Positions 30,535-41,346 of a stretch of DNA of 64,000 nt are shown here, one piece after another. Each line of letters starts with the position of its first letter. Position 1 is the first letter of the stretch. Under the pieces are notes generated by a model that saw nothing but the letters and a program-made list of their open reading frames with translations, had not been told where the DNA came from and searched no databases. Both the position numbers and the translations under genes were made by a program. This DNA is from Eubacteriales bacterium. GTDB taxonomy: Bacteria > Bacillota > Clostridia > Oscillospirales > CAG-272. The stretch covers positions 111,858-175,857 of the forward strand of contig JAZRUG010000032.1 in the NCBI GenBank assembly GCA_045652425.1, in the 5' to 3' direction.

Positions 30535-31768
30535 CGCAAAAATCCTTCTTAATCAGTTGCATATTTTCCTGTGCATCATTTTCTATGCGTATATGTCTGT
30601 CGCATCTTGAAGTATAGAGAGGATATCTTTCCCTATATCGCTTTTCAAGATCGGCTCTGTTGCTTGACAAAGGTCTGTCGGATGTAGCAACAATATTTTC
30701 AATATTTCGGTCAATGAAGTATATTCTTCCGTTTTCACCCAGCATTTCCATATTCAGAGGGTTTAATATAGCTCCGCCCCCTGTGGCAATAACTGCACTT
30801 TGCACTGACGAAAGTTCAATTATCACCTCAGTTTCAAGCTTTCTGAATACTTCTTCACCCTCTTCGGCAAATATCTGCGGTATTGGTTTATTAACCTTTT
30901 TGACTATCTCTTCATCAGTATCTATAAATACTCTTCCAAGCTCTTTGGCAAGTAACTTACCTATAGTCGATTTTCCGCTTCCGGGCATACCGGTCAGAAC
31001 TACATTTTCTTTAAATCTTACGAGTTCTCCGTAAACTCTGTCTATTTCCGATACCGGAACCTCGGTATCTATAAACTTTTCCGCGGCAACTGCTGCCTGA
31101 GCCACAAGCATATACAAACCGCCTACGGCATTTATTCCTTTTTTTCTTGCATCATATACAAGCTTTGAGCGAAGGGGGTTATAAACAGCGTCAACTACAG
31201 AAACAACATTAGGATAATCCTCTAAATCTATGGGAGAATAACCTATTTTCGGATACATTCCCACCGGAGTCGTGTTGATTATAACATCTGTATCTGCGTG
31301 TTTTACCTTTGCATCACTATAAGTAATACAATCTTCTTTACCTTCTCTTGAAACACGGTAAATCGAAGAACATTCCATACTTTTAGCTACTGCAAGGGCT
31401 GTCTTTGATGTTCCGCCGCTTCCAAGTATCAAAACCTTTTTGCCCTTTAATTTAATTCCGTTACGATTTATAAGAACTGACAATCCTGAAAAATCTGTGT
31501 TATATCCTTTTAAGTAACCATTTTCGTTTACAATAGTATTTACAGCACCTATCATTTTTGCAGTATCGCTAATCCAATCAAGATAAGGTATTACACTTTC
31601 TTTGTATGGAATAGTAACGTTAATTGCCTTAAAATCCTTCTTGCGCATAAATGCATCAAGCTTGTCTTTAGGTACCTCACATAATTCGTAATCGTAATCA
31701 AAAAGTCTGTTATGAATATCTTTTGAAAAACTGTGTCCCAGCTTTTCGGCTATACATCCGTATACCAT
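30515..31768 (-). CDS. aroE: Fused shikimate dehydrogenase / shikimate kinase (AroE-AroK)
   Basis: N-terminal HSFS, NVTIPYK, GAVNT and NTD, then a kinase domain GMPGSGKST..ATGGG..RPL. Start placed at MVYGC (31768). Confidence 0.92.
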   Translation of the reverse strand: MVYGCIAEKLGHSFSKDIHNRLFDYDYELCEVPKDKLDAFMRKKDFKAINVTIPYKESVIPYLDWISDTAKMIGAVNTIVNENGYLKGYNTDFSGLSVLINRNGIKLKGKKVLILGSGGTSKTALAVAKSMECSSIYRVSREGKEDCITYSDAKVKHADTDVIINTTPVGMYPKIGYSPIDLEDYPNVVSVVDAVYNPLRSKLVYDARKKGINAVGGLYMLVAQAAVAAEKFIDTEVPVSEIDRVYGELVRFKENVVLTGMPGSGKSTIGKLLAKELGRVFIDTDEEIVKKVNKPIPQIFAEEGEEVFRKLETEVIIELSSVQSAVIATGGGAILNPLNMEMLGENGRIYFIDRNIENIVATSDRPLSSNRADLEKRYRERYPLYTSRCDRHIRIENDAQENMQLIKKDFCDEDTCN

Positions 31769-31770
31769 TT

Positions 31771-32865
31771 TTATTTCGCCAACCAATCCGTGCCATATCT
31801 TGTTGTAAGTAAATCCGCAACCGTAAGTGCAATCATACAATCAACAACTATTCTTGCCCTGTGAACTATACAAGGATCGTGTCTTCCTTTTGAATGAAGA
31901 ACTGCATCTTGCATTTCTTTAATATCCACCGTATCTTGTTCCATACTCAAAGTCGGAGTAGGTCTTACGGCACATCTGAACAAAATCGGCATACCGTTTG
32001 TTATTCCGCCGTTAATTCCACCTGCGTTATTCGTCTTTGTGTATATTTTTCCGCCTTCGGTATAAAAACTGTCATTTGCTTCTCTTCCGGTCATATCGGC
32101 AATAGCAAATCCTGCGCCGAATTCAATTCCCTTTATTCCGGGAATAGCAAACATAGCATGGGAAATCATCCCCTCAAGTGTATCAAACATAGGTTCTCCT
32201 ACACCTGCATCAAGCCCTGTAATTACAGTTTCAAGTATACCGCCTACGCTGTTTCCATTTTTCTTTGCCTCTGTTATTGCATAAGTCATTTTTTCTGCAA
32301 CAGAATCATCAAGTACGGCAAAACTCTTTTCGTATAAACTGTCTATCTCAAAATTAACATTACCGGAAAAATCAATATCAGATATTCCTGCACATTTCTT
32401 TATGTGAGTGCCTATCTTAATTCCCTTTTTATTCAATGCTGGTAAAACTATAGCTCCTGCCGCAACTATAGCCGCGGTTATTCTTCCGCTGAAATGTCCT
32501 CCACCTCTGTAATCCTCAAATCCGTGATACTTACAGTTCGCAGTATAATCAGCGTGAGACGGTCTCGCCAACCATCGCGTTGATGAATAATCCTTGGATC
32601 TTGTATCGCTGTTTGGTATAAATATGCTTATCGGAGTCCCCGTCGTTCTTCCTTCAAAAACACCGCTTTGAATCACAAATTCATCCTTTTCCTGCCGCGA
32701 CGTTGATATTACTCCCATAGGTCTGCGCAAAGAAAGAAGCTTGTCTATATATTTCGTATCTACTTCTATACCGGGAGAGAGTCCGTCTATTACTACACCT
32801 ATTCCCGCGCCGTGACTTTCACCATAAATTGTGCAAGAAATATTGCTTCCGAAAGTATTCCTCAT
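31771..32865 (-). CDS. aroC: Chorismate synthase
   Basis: GESHG, RPSHAD, RGGGHFSGR, GGITNG and GRHDPC motifs. Confidence 0.96.
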   Translation of the reverse strand: MRNTFGSNISCTIYGESHGAGIGVVIDGLSPGIEVDTKYIDKLLSLRRPMGVISTSRQEKDEFVIQSGVFEGRTTGTPISIFIPNSDTRSKDYSSTRWLARPSHADYTANCKYHGFEDYRGGGHFSGRITAAIVAAGAIVLPALNKKGIKIGTHIKKCAGISDIDFSGNVNFEIDSLYEKSFAVLDDSVAEKMTYAITEAKKNGNSVGGILETVITGLDAGVGEPMFDTLEGMISHAMFAIPGIKGIEFGAGFAIADMTGREANDSFYTEGGKIYTKTNNAGGINGGITNGMPILFRCAVRPTPTLSMEQDTVDIKEMQDAVLHSKGRHDPCIVHRARIVVDCMIALTVADLLTTRYGTDWLAK

Positions 32866-33875
32866 TTCTTTAATCCTTCCCTTACCATTTCTTCAAATTC
32901 TGAAATTTTCATCTTGAGAAGTTTTGCTTTTCCTATCTCTGCAACATAAACAACAGTTATATCGTCTCCCGATGCTTTTTTATCGTGTCTGCACGCATCA
33001 ATAAGCTGTTCTGCGGTATATTCCGTCTCTGTCGGAAGATTCAACTTTTTAAGTATAGGCAAGAGCCTTTCTCTTATGCTTCCTACACACATCGGCACCA
33101 TACCAATGCTCACGCACTCTCCGTGATAAAGGGTATCAAGTTCATTTACGCTTTCAATGGCGTGAGCCAAAGTATGACCGAAATTCAGCGTCTTACGTAG
33201 TCCCGATTCTTTTTCGTCTTCTTCTACCACGTATTTCTTTATGTAAAGAGAACGCTCTATTATCGTATCAATATTTTCTTTTATATCCCCTTTTTCAAAT
33301 ATGTCAAACAATACGGAATCGTTTATCATCGACATCTTCAACGCTTCGGCTAAACCGTTTGAAATTTGTCTTTCGGGCAAAGTACTCAAAGTATCAGAAT
33401 CTATCAGTACTCCGTTTGGTGGATAAAATGCGCCAACAATATTTTTCAATCCCATAAAATCTATCGCGGTTTTTCCTCCGATTGATGAATCAACCTGCGA
33501 TAAAACCGTTGTAGGAATATTATAAAAGTCTACGCCTCTCATAAAGCTTGAGGCAACAAAGCCCGAAAGGTCGCCGACAACTCCGCCTCCTACGGCAACA
33601 ACACAGTCTGTTCTTGTAAAATTGTTGTTTACCATACATTCCAAAAGGTACTTGTAGGTATCTATGTTTTTTGATTTTTCCCCTTGTTCAAACTTTACTA
33701 TAACAGCCTCTTTACAACAAGAAGCAACAGTTTCTGCATATTGAAAAGGAACTCCCGTGTCAGTTACAACAAAAACCTTTCGGTTCAGGTTAAAGTACTC
33801 TCCTGCCTTTTTCAATGCGCCTCTTTCGAGATATATGTTATACGAGCTGTTTTGTGTTTTTACCGGAATAATCAT
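32862..33875 (-). CDS. aroB: 3-dehydroquinate synthase
   Basis: GEKSK, GGGVVGDLSGF, PTT..QVDSSIGGK and LNFGHT motifs. Start placed at MIIPVKT. Confidence 0.95.
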   Translation of the reverse strand: MIIPVKTQNSSYNIYLERGALKKAGEYFNLNRKVFVVTDTGVPFQYAETVASCCKEAVIVKFEQGEKSKNIDTYKYLLECMVNNNFTRTDCVVAVGGGVVGDLSGFVASSFMRGVDFYNIPTTVLSQVDSSIGGKTAIDFMGLKNIVGAFYPPNGVLIDSDTLSTLPERQISNGLAEALKMSMINDSVLFDIFEKGDIKENIDTIIERSLYIKKYVVEEDEKESGLRKTLNFGHTLAHAIESVNELDTLYHGECVSIGMVPMCVGSIRERLLPILKKLNLPTETEYTAEQLIDACRHDKKASGDDITVVYVAEIGKAKLLKMKISEFEEMVREGLKK

Positions 33876-33888
33876 TTTCTTCGCCCCG

Positions 33889-34977
33889 TTAAATATGAAT
33901 TTCTTTTTCAAATCTTCCAATAACCTTTAAATTTGAGCAACACTTTTCAAGCTCTTCAAGCATAGCCTTGCCCTGCCAACTGTCTATATTACCTTCACCC
34001 TCAACATAGAAGAAATAATCCCACACCAATTCTTTGGTCGGTCTGCTCTTCAATGCTCTCAAGTTAAATCCGTGCTGACCTATTACCGATATCGCACGTC
34101 CCAACGAACCTGCGGCATTCTTCACCGTAAACAACATAATAAATCTGTCATCAGTTGAAGAAGACGCTCTGTTTGAACGGGAAAATACGGCAAATCTCGT
34201 CGTATTCGTATTACTTTCGTTAATATGAGAAGCAAGTACTTTCAATCCAAACTTTTCAGCCGCTTCAATGCTTCCGATTGCCGCAATATCTTTTCTTCCC
34301 GATTCTGCAACCATTTTTGCCGCAACAGCTGTATTAACAGCATCTTCGGTTTCAAACCCGTGTTTTTCTATATACGATGCGCTTTGTCCCAACGCCTGCG
34401 GATGACTGATTACTTTTTTTATATCGTCAATGGTCGTACCCTTATTAGCCAAAAGATTCTGCACAACATCAGCTTCGTAGACGCCGTTTATATAAAGACT
34501 GCCAAAAAAAGCCAAATCAAGAACGTTTCCAACATCACCGTTGTGGCTGTTTTCGATAGGCAAAAGAACGCAATCGCATTCACCGTTCTCCACAGCTTTA
34601 TAAGCAGATTTAAAATCACCGTAAGGCACACAAAAAGCATCGGGAAATATTTTTTGAGCAGCAATATTTGCAAATGCGCCTTCAACACCGCTGTATGCAA
34701 CTTTCATTCCTTCAAGGAGCTTGTGCTGCATATCCTTTGAAAGTTTTATATTATTCTTCAAAAAATTTACGTAATACGACCTATATTCTTCATTTTCGAT
34801 ATAATCGGAATTACGCTTAATCATTTCTTCCTCGCGACCAAAATCGTCAATCGGAATACCATTCTCCTTTTTGTACTCGGAAACTATCTTCACAGCGTCC
34901 ATTCTTTTTTCAAAAAGACGCGCCATTTCCTTGTCGGCTTCATTAATTATCTCTCTTGCCCTTTGGAGTTCACTCAT
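33889..34977 (-). CDS. pheA: Chorismate mutase / prephenate dehydratase
   Basis: N-terminal chorismate mutase helix bundle, PIENS, SHPQALGQ, NTTRF and a C-terminal ACT domain (KSRP). Confidence 0.93.
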   Translation of the reverse strand: MSELQRAREIINEADKEMARLFEKRMDAVKIVSEYKKENGIPIDDFGREEEMIKRNSDYIENEEYRSYYVNFLKNNIKLSKDMQHKLLEGMKVAYSGVEGAFANIAAQKIFPDAFCVPYGDFKSAYKAVENGECDCVLLPIENSHNGDVGNVLDLAFFGSLYINGVYEADVVQNLLANKGTTIDDIKKVISHPQALGQSASYIEKHGFETEDAVNTAVAAKMVAESGRKDIAAIGSIEAAEKFGLKVLASHINESNTNTTRFAVFSRSNRASSSTDDRFIMLFTVKNAAGSLGRAISVIGQHGFNLRALKSRPTKELVWDYFFYVEGEGNIDSWQGKAMLEELEKCCSNLKVIGRFEKEIHI

Positions 34978-35216
34978 AACCCTTTGCACCTTTTTTCAGT
35001 ATAAATATAATAAAATATTATAAAACTAATTAATTAGGAAGTCAATAATTTTTATTTAAAAAAATATGGTTTCCAAAGATTGTGAATTTTTTATTAACAT
35101 TGCAACCTTTTATACCAATTTAATCCAAATGTGTGGTAAAATAAATAGGATTATGGATTTATCCAAAACATTTTATTTTTTAAAACAATTTTAATCCAAA
35201 TAAAGGAGCAAAAACT

Positions 35217-35537
35217 ATGGGCAACTACCTACTTCAATCAACAGGCGCTGAAGAACCCTCTATACTGCTCGTTTGCGCACTTGGTATCGGTGTTGTTTTT
35301 GTCGGTCTCGCTTTTCTTGTCGGTATCGTTTCTATTATGAACGCATTTTTCCGCAACAACATAGCTAAACCGCAAACATCAAATTCACCGGTTACAACTG
35401 ATACGCCGACAATAGAGACATCAACAGCCCCCATTGAAAACAAACAAGAATTGATTGCGGCGATTTGCGCGGCAATCGCAGAAGAAAACGGAACGGACAT
35501 CTCGGCTATAAGAGTACTTTCGTTCAAAAAACTTTAA
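35217..35537 (+). CDS. OadG-family decarboxylase gamma/delta subunit
   Basis: Single TM (GIGVVFVGL), Pro/Thr linker and ELIAAICAAIA tail. First gene of the operon. Confidence 0.85.
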   Translation: MGNYLLQSTGAEEPSILLVCALGIGVVFVGLAFLVGIVSIMNAFFRNNIAKPQTSNSPVTTDTPTIETSTAPIENKQELIAAICAAIAEENGTDISAIRVLSFKKL

Positions 35538-35560
35538 TTAACGACAAAGAGGTAAAAAAG

Positions 35561-35956
35561 ATGAAAGCTTACAAAGTAAATGTAAATGGAAACGTATACG
35601 AAATCACACTCGAAATAATCGACAAAGAAGAAATCAAAAACGCTCCTGCAGCTCCTGTTGCTACTCCTGCACCCGCAGCGGCCCCTGCACCTGTAGCAGC
35701 TCCGGCTCCTTCTGCCCCCGCAGCAGCTCCTGCTTCTTCAGGTTCTGTTACTATCAACTCACCTATGCCCGGAACTATACTTAAGGTTAACGTTGCTAAC
35801 GGTCAAGCTGTTAAAAAAGGCGACGTTCTTATGATTCTTGAAGCAATGAAAATGGAAAATGAAATCATGGCACCTTCCGACGGTACAATTGCATCTGTAA
35901 ACGTTCAGGCGGGCGCTTCCGTTGACTCCGGCGCTGTTCTCTGTACTCTCGCATAA
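35561..35956 (+). CDS. Biotin carboxyl carrier protein
   Basis: Ala/Pro linker and EAMKM biotinylation motif. Start at the ATG at 35561 (GAGG RBS). Confidence 0.93.
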   Translation: MKAYKVNVNGNVYEITLEIIDKEEIKNAPAAPVATPAPAAAPAPVAAPAPSAPAAAPASSGSVTINSPMPGTILKVNVANGQAVKKGDVLMILEAMKMENEIMAPSDGTIASVNVQAGASVDSGAVLCTLA

Positions 35957-35976
35957 TCGCTTTCGGAGGACTTTTA

Positions 35977-37161
35977 ATGAACGCTTTGATTAATTTTTTA
36001 AACGACACGGGGTTTGCCCTCTTCTTTGAACAAGGCGGTTGGAAAAACCTCATTATGATTGGTATTGCCTGTCTTTTGTGCTACCTTGCTATCGGAAAGA
36101 AATTCGAGCCATTGCTCCTTCTTCCAATCGCAATCGGTATGCTTCTCACAAACCTTCCCGGTGCCGGAATTTTCCACGAAGAAATATTCGCAAACGGTAA
36201 CATTAACTGGGGCGCATTCGCTGACGTAAAAAATGTAGGTCTTATCGATGTACTCTACCTTGGTGTTAAGCTCGGTGTTTATCCTTGTCTTATCTTTATC
36301 GGTGTAGGCGCTATGACAGACTTCGGTCCGCTGATCGCAAACCCCAAGAGCCTTATGCTCGGTGCGGCTGCTCAGATTGGTATTTTCGCTACCTATGCTG
36401 TTTCTATTCTTCTCGGCTTTACAGGCCCCGAAGCAAGTTCTATCGGTATTATAGGCGGTGCTGACGGTCCTACTGCAATTTTCGTTACATCGAAGCTTGC
36501 ATCACACTTGCTTGGACCTATTGCTGTAGCGGCTTACTCGTATATGGCGCTTGTTCCCGTAATTCAGCCCCCCATTATGAAAGCACTTACAACAAAAGAA
36601 GAACGCGCTATAGTTATGGACTCTTTGAAACCCGTTTCAAAGTTGCAGAAAATCATATTCCCCATTATATCTACAATTTTCGTAGCTTTGATAGTACCCA
36701 GCGCTGCTCCATTGATTGGTTGTCTTATGTTCGGTAACCTCCTTAAAGAATGCGGTGTTTGCGAACGTCTTTCAAAAACGGTACAAAACGAGCTTATGAA
36801 CATTGTTACGGTATTCCTTGGTGTTTCCGTTGGTGCAACTGCAACAGGCTCTACGTTCCTTAAGCTTCAAACTATTAAGATTATTATTATGGGTGTTGTT
36901 GCATTCGGTGTTGCTACTGCATTCGGTGTTCTTATCGCTAAATTTATGAACCTTTTCCTTCCCGAAGGAAAGAAAATCAATCCCCTTATCGGTTCTGCAG
37001 GCGTTTCTGCAGTTCCTATGGCTGCCCGCGTATCCCAGAAGGTCGGTCAGGAAGAAAATCCCGGCAACTTCCTTCTTATGCACGCTATGGGGCCCAACGT
37101 TGCCGGAGTTATCGGCTCTGCTATTGCGGCAGGTGTGCTGATAGCTATTTTCGGCGGTTAA
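35977..37161 (+). CDS. oadB: Na+-translocating decarboxylase beta subunit
   Basis: [29 protein letters not shown] and HAMGPNVAG motifs. Confidence 0.93.
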   Translation: MNALINFLNDTGFALFFEQGGWKNLIMIGIACLLCYLAIGKKFEPLLLLPIAIGMLLTNLPGAGIFHEEIFANGNINWGAFADVKNVGLIDVLYLGVKLGVYPCLIFIGVGAMTDFGPLIANPKSLMLGAAAQIGIFATYAVSILLGFTGPEASSIGIIGGADGPTAIFVTSKLASHLLGPIAVAAYSYMALVPVIQPPIMKALTTKEERAIVMDSLKPVSKLQKIIFPIISTIFVALIVPSAAPLIGCLMFGNLLKECGVCERLSKTVQNELMNIVTVFLGVSVGATATGSTFLKLQTIKIIIMGVVAFGVATAFGVLIAKFMNLFLPEGKKINPLIGSAGVSAVPMAARVSQKVGQEENPGNFLLMHAMGPNVAGVIGSAIAAGVLIAIFGG

Positions 37162-37177
37162 TGTGAGGTAATTATTT

Positions 37178-38581
37178 ATGGCAAAGAAAGTTTTTATTAC
37201 AGATACAATTCTCCGTGACGCTCACCAGTCTCAAGCGGCCACAAGAATGAGAATCGAAGATATGCTCCCTGCGCTTAAGGATCTCAACGAAGCGGGATAT
37301 TGGTCTCTCGAATGTTGGGGCGGAGCTACCTTCGACTCTTGTATGAGATTTCTCGGCGAAGATCCTTGGGAAAGACTCAGAACTCTCAAAAAGAATCTTC
37401 CCGACACAAAATTGCAAATGCTTCTCCGTGGACAGAATCTTCTCGGTTACAAGCACTATGCAGATGACGTTGTTGATATGTTTATCAAAAAATCTATTGA
37501 AAACGGCATCGACGTAATCAGAATATTTGACGCGCTTAACGATACAAGAAATATGGAAGCCGCTATGCGCGCTACCAAAAAATATAAGGGCATTGCAGAA
37601 GCCGCTATAAGCTATACCGTAAGCCCCGTTCACAATGAAGAATACTTCGTTGACCTTGCAGTGAAATTGCAGGATATGGGCGCCGATACAATCTGTATCA
37701 AGGATATGGCAAATCTTCTCCTTCCCTTTGATGCTTATTCCCTTGTTTCAGCTATGAAAAAGAAGGTTGACGTTCCGATTCACCTTCATACTCATAACAC
37801 AACCGGTACGGGTGAAATGACTTACCTTATGGCAATTCAGGCGGGTGTTGATATCATTGATACAGCGCTTTCTCCTCTTGCAAACGGTACTTCTCAGCCC
37901 TCTACCGAAGCCCTCGTTGCTACACTTAAGGGTACGGAATACGATACAGGTATTGACCTCGGTCTCTTGACAAAACCTGCGGCTCACTTCCGTAATATTG
38001 CCGCTAAACTCAAAGAAGAAGGCTTCCTTGACCCCAAGGTGCTTAACGTTGACCCCAACACTCTTCTCTATCAGGTTCCCGGCGGTATGCTTTCTAACCT
38101 TATTTCTCAGCTCAAGCAAGCTAAAGCAGAAGATAAATACTATGAAGTTCTTGAAGAAGTACCGAGAGTTAGAAAAGACTTCGGTTATCCTCCCCTCGTT
38201 ACTCCTACAAGCCAGATAGTTGGAAGCCAGGCAGTTCTTAATGTTCTCACCGGCGAACGCTACAAGATGGCTACAAAGGAATCCAAAGGTCTTCTTCGCG
38301 GCGAATACGGTCAGCTTCCCGGTGAAGTTAATGAAGATGTTCGCAAAAAGGTTCTCGGTGACGATACTGAAATAATCACTTGCAGACCTGCAGACCTTAT
38401 TTCTCCCGAATTTGAAAAATACAAAGAAGAAGCAAAAGACCTCGCAAAATGCGACGAAGACGTTCTTTCATTTGCTCTCTTCCCTCAGGTTGCCCCCAAG
38501 TTCCTTGCAGAACGCAACAATGCAGGCAAGAAAGATGATGAAAACGCTGTTCGCGAACTTTTCGTACAGGATCTAACTTAA
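37178..38581 (+). CDS. oadA: Oxaloacetate decarboxylase alpha / carboxyltransferase subunit (no biotin domain)
   Basis: RDAHQS, ECWGGATFD, IKDMA, HTH and GYPPLVTPTSQIVG motifs. Confidence 0.9.
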   Translation: MAKKVFITDTILRDAHQSQAATRMRIEDMLPALKDLNEAGYWSLECWGGATFDSCMRFLGEDPWERLRTLKKNLPDTKLQMLLRGQNLLGYKHYADDVVDMFIKKSIENGIDVIRIFDALNDTRNMEAAMRATKKYKGIAEAAISYTVSPVHNEEYFVDLAVKLQDMGADTICIKDMANLLLPFDAYSLVSAMKKKVDVPIHLHTHNTTGTGEMTYLMAIQAGVDIIDTALSPLANGTSQPSTEALVATLKGTEYDTGIDLGLLTKPAAHFRNIAAKLKEEGFLDPKVLNVDPNTLLYQVPGGMLSNLISQLKQAKAEDKYYEVLEEVPRVRKDFGYPPLVTPTSQIVGSQAVLNVLTGERYKMATKESKGLLRGEYGQLPGEVNEDVRKKVLGDDTEIITCRPADLISPEFEKYKEEAKDLAKCDEDVLSFALFPQVAPKFLAERNNAGKKDDENAVRELFVQDLT

Positions 38582-38593
38582 TTTTATAACATT

Positions 38594-38623
38594 AAAAAAG
38601 TCCCTTTTTCAAGGGACTTTTTT
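38594..38623 (+). terminator. Intrinsic terminator of the decarboxylase operon
   Basis: AAAAAAGTCCCTT-tttc-AAGGGACTTTTTT. Confidence 0.85.
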
Positions 38624-38632
38624 GTTGGATAC

Positions 38633-38672
38633 AATCGAGGGGATATGGGCCTTGCCCATATCCCCTTTGATT
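38633..38672. repeat. REP-like palindrome, copy 1 (copy 2 at 61331-61371)
   Basis: GAGGGGATATGGGC-ctt-GCCCATATCCCCTT, closely similar to AGAGAGGATATGGAC-aat-GCCCATATCCTCTCT. Confidence 0.6.
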
Positions 38673-41331
38673 AATTAACAGTATTTTGAGTTATTATATA
38701 CTTCGTCGCTTTATTAGTCGTAATATTATAGTCCACATAACCACTGAGAACTATTTTCTTATCGAAAGATTCAAGCTTGTTTGTAAAGCGAATAACGTCC
38801 TTTTTAGGCTGACTTATTTCAAAATCAGTCGAATATTGCGCCGGTCCTGCTTGTGACTTGAAATAATAAGCCTTTCGTATATCCTCGGATATTTCATGGG
38901 CGTCAAGCATCATCTGCTCTGTCATACCACCGTTTAATATTATTTTTCCTGTTTTCAGGTCAATAATCGCCGCCCTGTCCACATACTTATGTCCTTCGTT
39001 TTTATTTGCACAATAGTATTTTATTAAAGCTCTGCTTTCATCTTCAAACACGTACATCTCGGGAGCTTTTTCAAGATTTATCGACCACAGTATAACCTCT
39101 TCGTTTTCCCGTGGTTCATACATTTCTCCAACCCACGTATTATAGTGAAGATACCTTAAATTAACGTAATAGAAGCTTTTTCCGTTCTTCCCATCAACGT
39201 GCAACCACCAATTCTCGTCGGTTCTGAGTATCCAATTGGAATTATTACTGTAAAGAGGTGAATTATAAAGCTTCATATCATATCCTTCTACACTTCCCTC
39301 TACTTTTGACAGTCTCTTTACAACAAGTCCGTTTTCAGACGAGTATTCCAAAACAGCTGACACGTCAAACTTAACGTGAGTTCGGTATCCGGTCAATGCA
39401 TTCATAACGTAACATGATGCATTGTAGGAGAATTTTCCATCTTCGGTTATTATTGCATCTCCTCCGCTGAAAACTTCAAGTCCGCCAAAATACTCGCCCT
39501 TTTCAAGCTTTGTTCCAAATCTTATTTCTTCCGCCTTTTCACCGTTGTTATACACAGTCAATTTCTTTTCGGTACTGTCATAATCATAAGTAAACACCTT
39601 TTCAATTTTTTCAAACAAAGGTTTACCGCTGAATGGGTGACATATCCAGCCATCGTCTGTTTCATCAAACAGATAAAGGTGGTTCACATTATTGTCGAAT
39701 TGATTCTTTTCCGGTTTAAGCTTCAAGTAATATTCATTATCGCCGTCTTTATCTATATCTATAGTTTGAATCTTGTCATAATTCAGTCCGTTTAGGGTTA
39801 TCCAGGTTATAGGAAATTCATAATATTTACCTTCACTGTCTTGCAAAGCAATCGATTTTCCTCCATACTTACCGTACAGTTTAAGCCCATTGTCCAACTC
39901 TTGAATAAATACAAAATAATTCCATGAGTTCGAACTGTATGAGTTCAAATAATACGAGGAAGGCTTGCTACTGTCATACACCCTATCATAATTGCTCGCC
40001 AAAGGAATAGTTGTTGTGTTCGGCTCTGTTTCAGGAGGTTCTGTTTCAGGAGGTTCTGTTTCTAAAGGCTCTGTTTCGAGAGGCTCTGTTTCGAGAGGCT
40101 CTTCGCTTTCAGACTCTTTTACAGTTTCGCTATATGTCGGTTGCATCGGTTTGTTTTCTTTTGGGGACTCCTCTTTTTTATCAGCACTGAAGCCGATAAG
40201 TACACCTGCAACGACACAGACAATCAAAACTGCCGCAACTATAACCGTTCCTTTTTTCTTTTTGGTCGTATCAAGAATATTCATGATACGTTTTTTTACT
40301 TTGCTCTCCTTGGAATCAAAATGCGTAGTCAAGCCGATGTGTACATTATTGCACCTGCCGGCAGTTTCAAGAAGAGCGCGGCTGTAAGTTATTCTTTCCT
40401 CTTCATTCAGCCCCCTCAACACCAACTCATCGCAAGACAGTTCCATCTCATCGTTAAGTTCTCTGACTGCGAAATATACAAATGGATTAAACCAGTTGAT
40501 AGAGTTGGCTGCCAAGGCAATTAATTTAACCCAAAGATCGCCCCTTTTGTAATGAGTCAACTCGTGGGATAAAACGTTTACCAACGATTCCTCGGAAACA
40601 TCTGCGGGAACTACTATTTTCTTTGTTATAAATCCGTAATGAACGGGACTGCCGACGCCACCGCTTACATGAAGAAGCGGATTACGGTCCAAATTCAATC
40701 TGCGGCACGCCTCTATGTAAACCTCCGTCAATCTGTCATCGGGCAAAGTAAGTGTATAGTTAAGCTTTGCTGAAAAAGAAATGTATCTCACTATATTCGC
40801 ACCAAAGAACACTGCTGCGCCAACAACCCAAACAGCAAAAATTATTTTGATATAATCATTTGCAGACAGCTTATTTTCGTCATTTACAACTATATCGGCA
40901 GAGGGATTCTGAACACTTGGTAACTCATTTTCTGTTTTAACACTGTCATCTGACGGACCAATAACGCTGTCATCATTGTCTGCAACGCCCTCAATGCTCG
41001 GTCTGCCTTGTTCTTCAATCGTATCATCGAAGTTATCAAAAGTCGGTTTATCAATCCCATGTTGAATGTCGGGAACAGTATTTGTTAATTCATCCGACTG
41101 TATGACCTCGGAATATTCATCTTCGGTTACGGGAACGGCAATATTTATGAATGACGGAAAAGCTATACTGCCTATGGGCAAAACAAGTCTTACTATTACC
41201 ACAAGCCAGATCACGTATCTGCAGGTTGCGGTAAATCTATTTTTAAATATACGAGAAAGAACCAGCAGGATAAATATTACAACAGACATCGAAAGAGTTA
41301 ATCCACCAAAAGATAAAATAAAATTTCTCAT
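38671..41331 (-). CDS. BlaR1/MecR1-like M56 metallopeptidase with a large non-PBP extracellular region
   Basis: HELTHYKRGD, WFNPF and ELSCDE motifs, then a TM, an EPLET/EPPET linker and an unrecognised C-terminal domain. Downstream of the BlaI-like gene. Confidence 0.88.
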   Translation of the reverse strand: MRNFILSFGGLTLSMSVVIFILLVLSRIFKNRFTATCRYVIWLVVIVRLVLPIGSIAFPSFINIAVPVTEDEYSEVIQSDELTNTVPDIQHGIDKPTFDNFDDTIEEQGRPSIEGVADNDDSVIGPSDDSVKTENELPSVQNPSADIVVNDENKLSANDYIKIIFAVWVVGAAVFFGANIVRYISFSAKLNYTLTLPDDRLTEVYIEACRRLNLDRNPLLHVSGGVGSPVHYGFITKKIVVPADVSEESLVNVLSHELTHYKRGDLWVKLIALAANSINWFNPFVYFAVRELNDEMELSCDELVLRGLNEEERITYSRALLETAGRCNNVHIGLTTHFDSKESKVKKRIMNILDTTKKKKGTVIVAAVLIVCVVAGVLIGFSADKKEESPKENKPMQPTYSETVKESESEEPLETEPLETEPLETEPPETEPPETEPNTTTIPLASNYDRVYDSSKPSSYYLNSYSSNSWNYFVFIQELDNGLKLYGKYGGKSIALQDSEGKYYEFPITWITLNGLNYDKIQTIDIDKDGDNEYYLKLKPEKNQFDNNVNHLYLFDETDDGWICHPFSGKPLFEKIEKVFTYDYDSTEKKLTVYNNGEKAEEIRFGTKLEKGEYFGGLEVFSGGDAIITEDGKFSYNASCYVMNALTGYRTHVKFDVSAVLEYSSENGLVVKRLSKVEGSVEGYDMKLYNSPLYSNNSNWILRTDENWWLHVDGKNGKSFYYVNLRYLHYNTWVGEMYEPRENEEVILWSINLEKAPEMYVFEDESRALIKYYCANKNEGHKYVDRAAIIDLKTGKIILNGGMTEQMMLDAHEISEDIRKAYYFKSQAGPAQYSTDFEISQPKKDVIRFTNKLESFDKKIVLSGYVDYNITTNKATKYIITQNTVN
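40022..40101 (-). repeat. 15-bp coding tandem repeat (EPLET/EPPET about 5 times)
   Basis: GG(C/T)TCTGTTTC..A units in the linker of the M56 protein. Confidence 0.9.
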
Positions 41332-41346
41332 TCTTGTCTCTCCCTA

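Noticed and set aside
30515-31768. AroE-AroK fusion as a novelty
   Set aside because: Real, but a fusion already familiar from clostridial aro operons.
35640-35740. GC-rich low-complexity repeat
   Set aside because: Ordinary Ala/Pro linker of a biotin carrier protein.
37172-38219. Antisense and alternate-frame ORFs inside oadA (and similar ones inside other housekeeping genes)
   Set aside because: Shadow ORFs produced by codon bias in well-supported genes.
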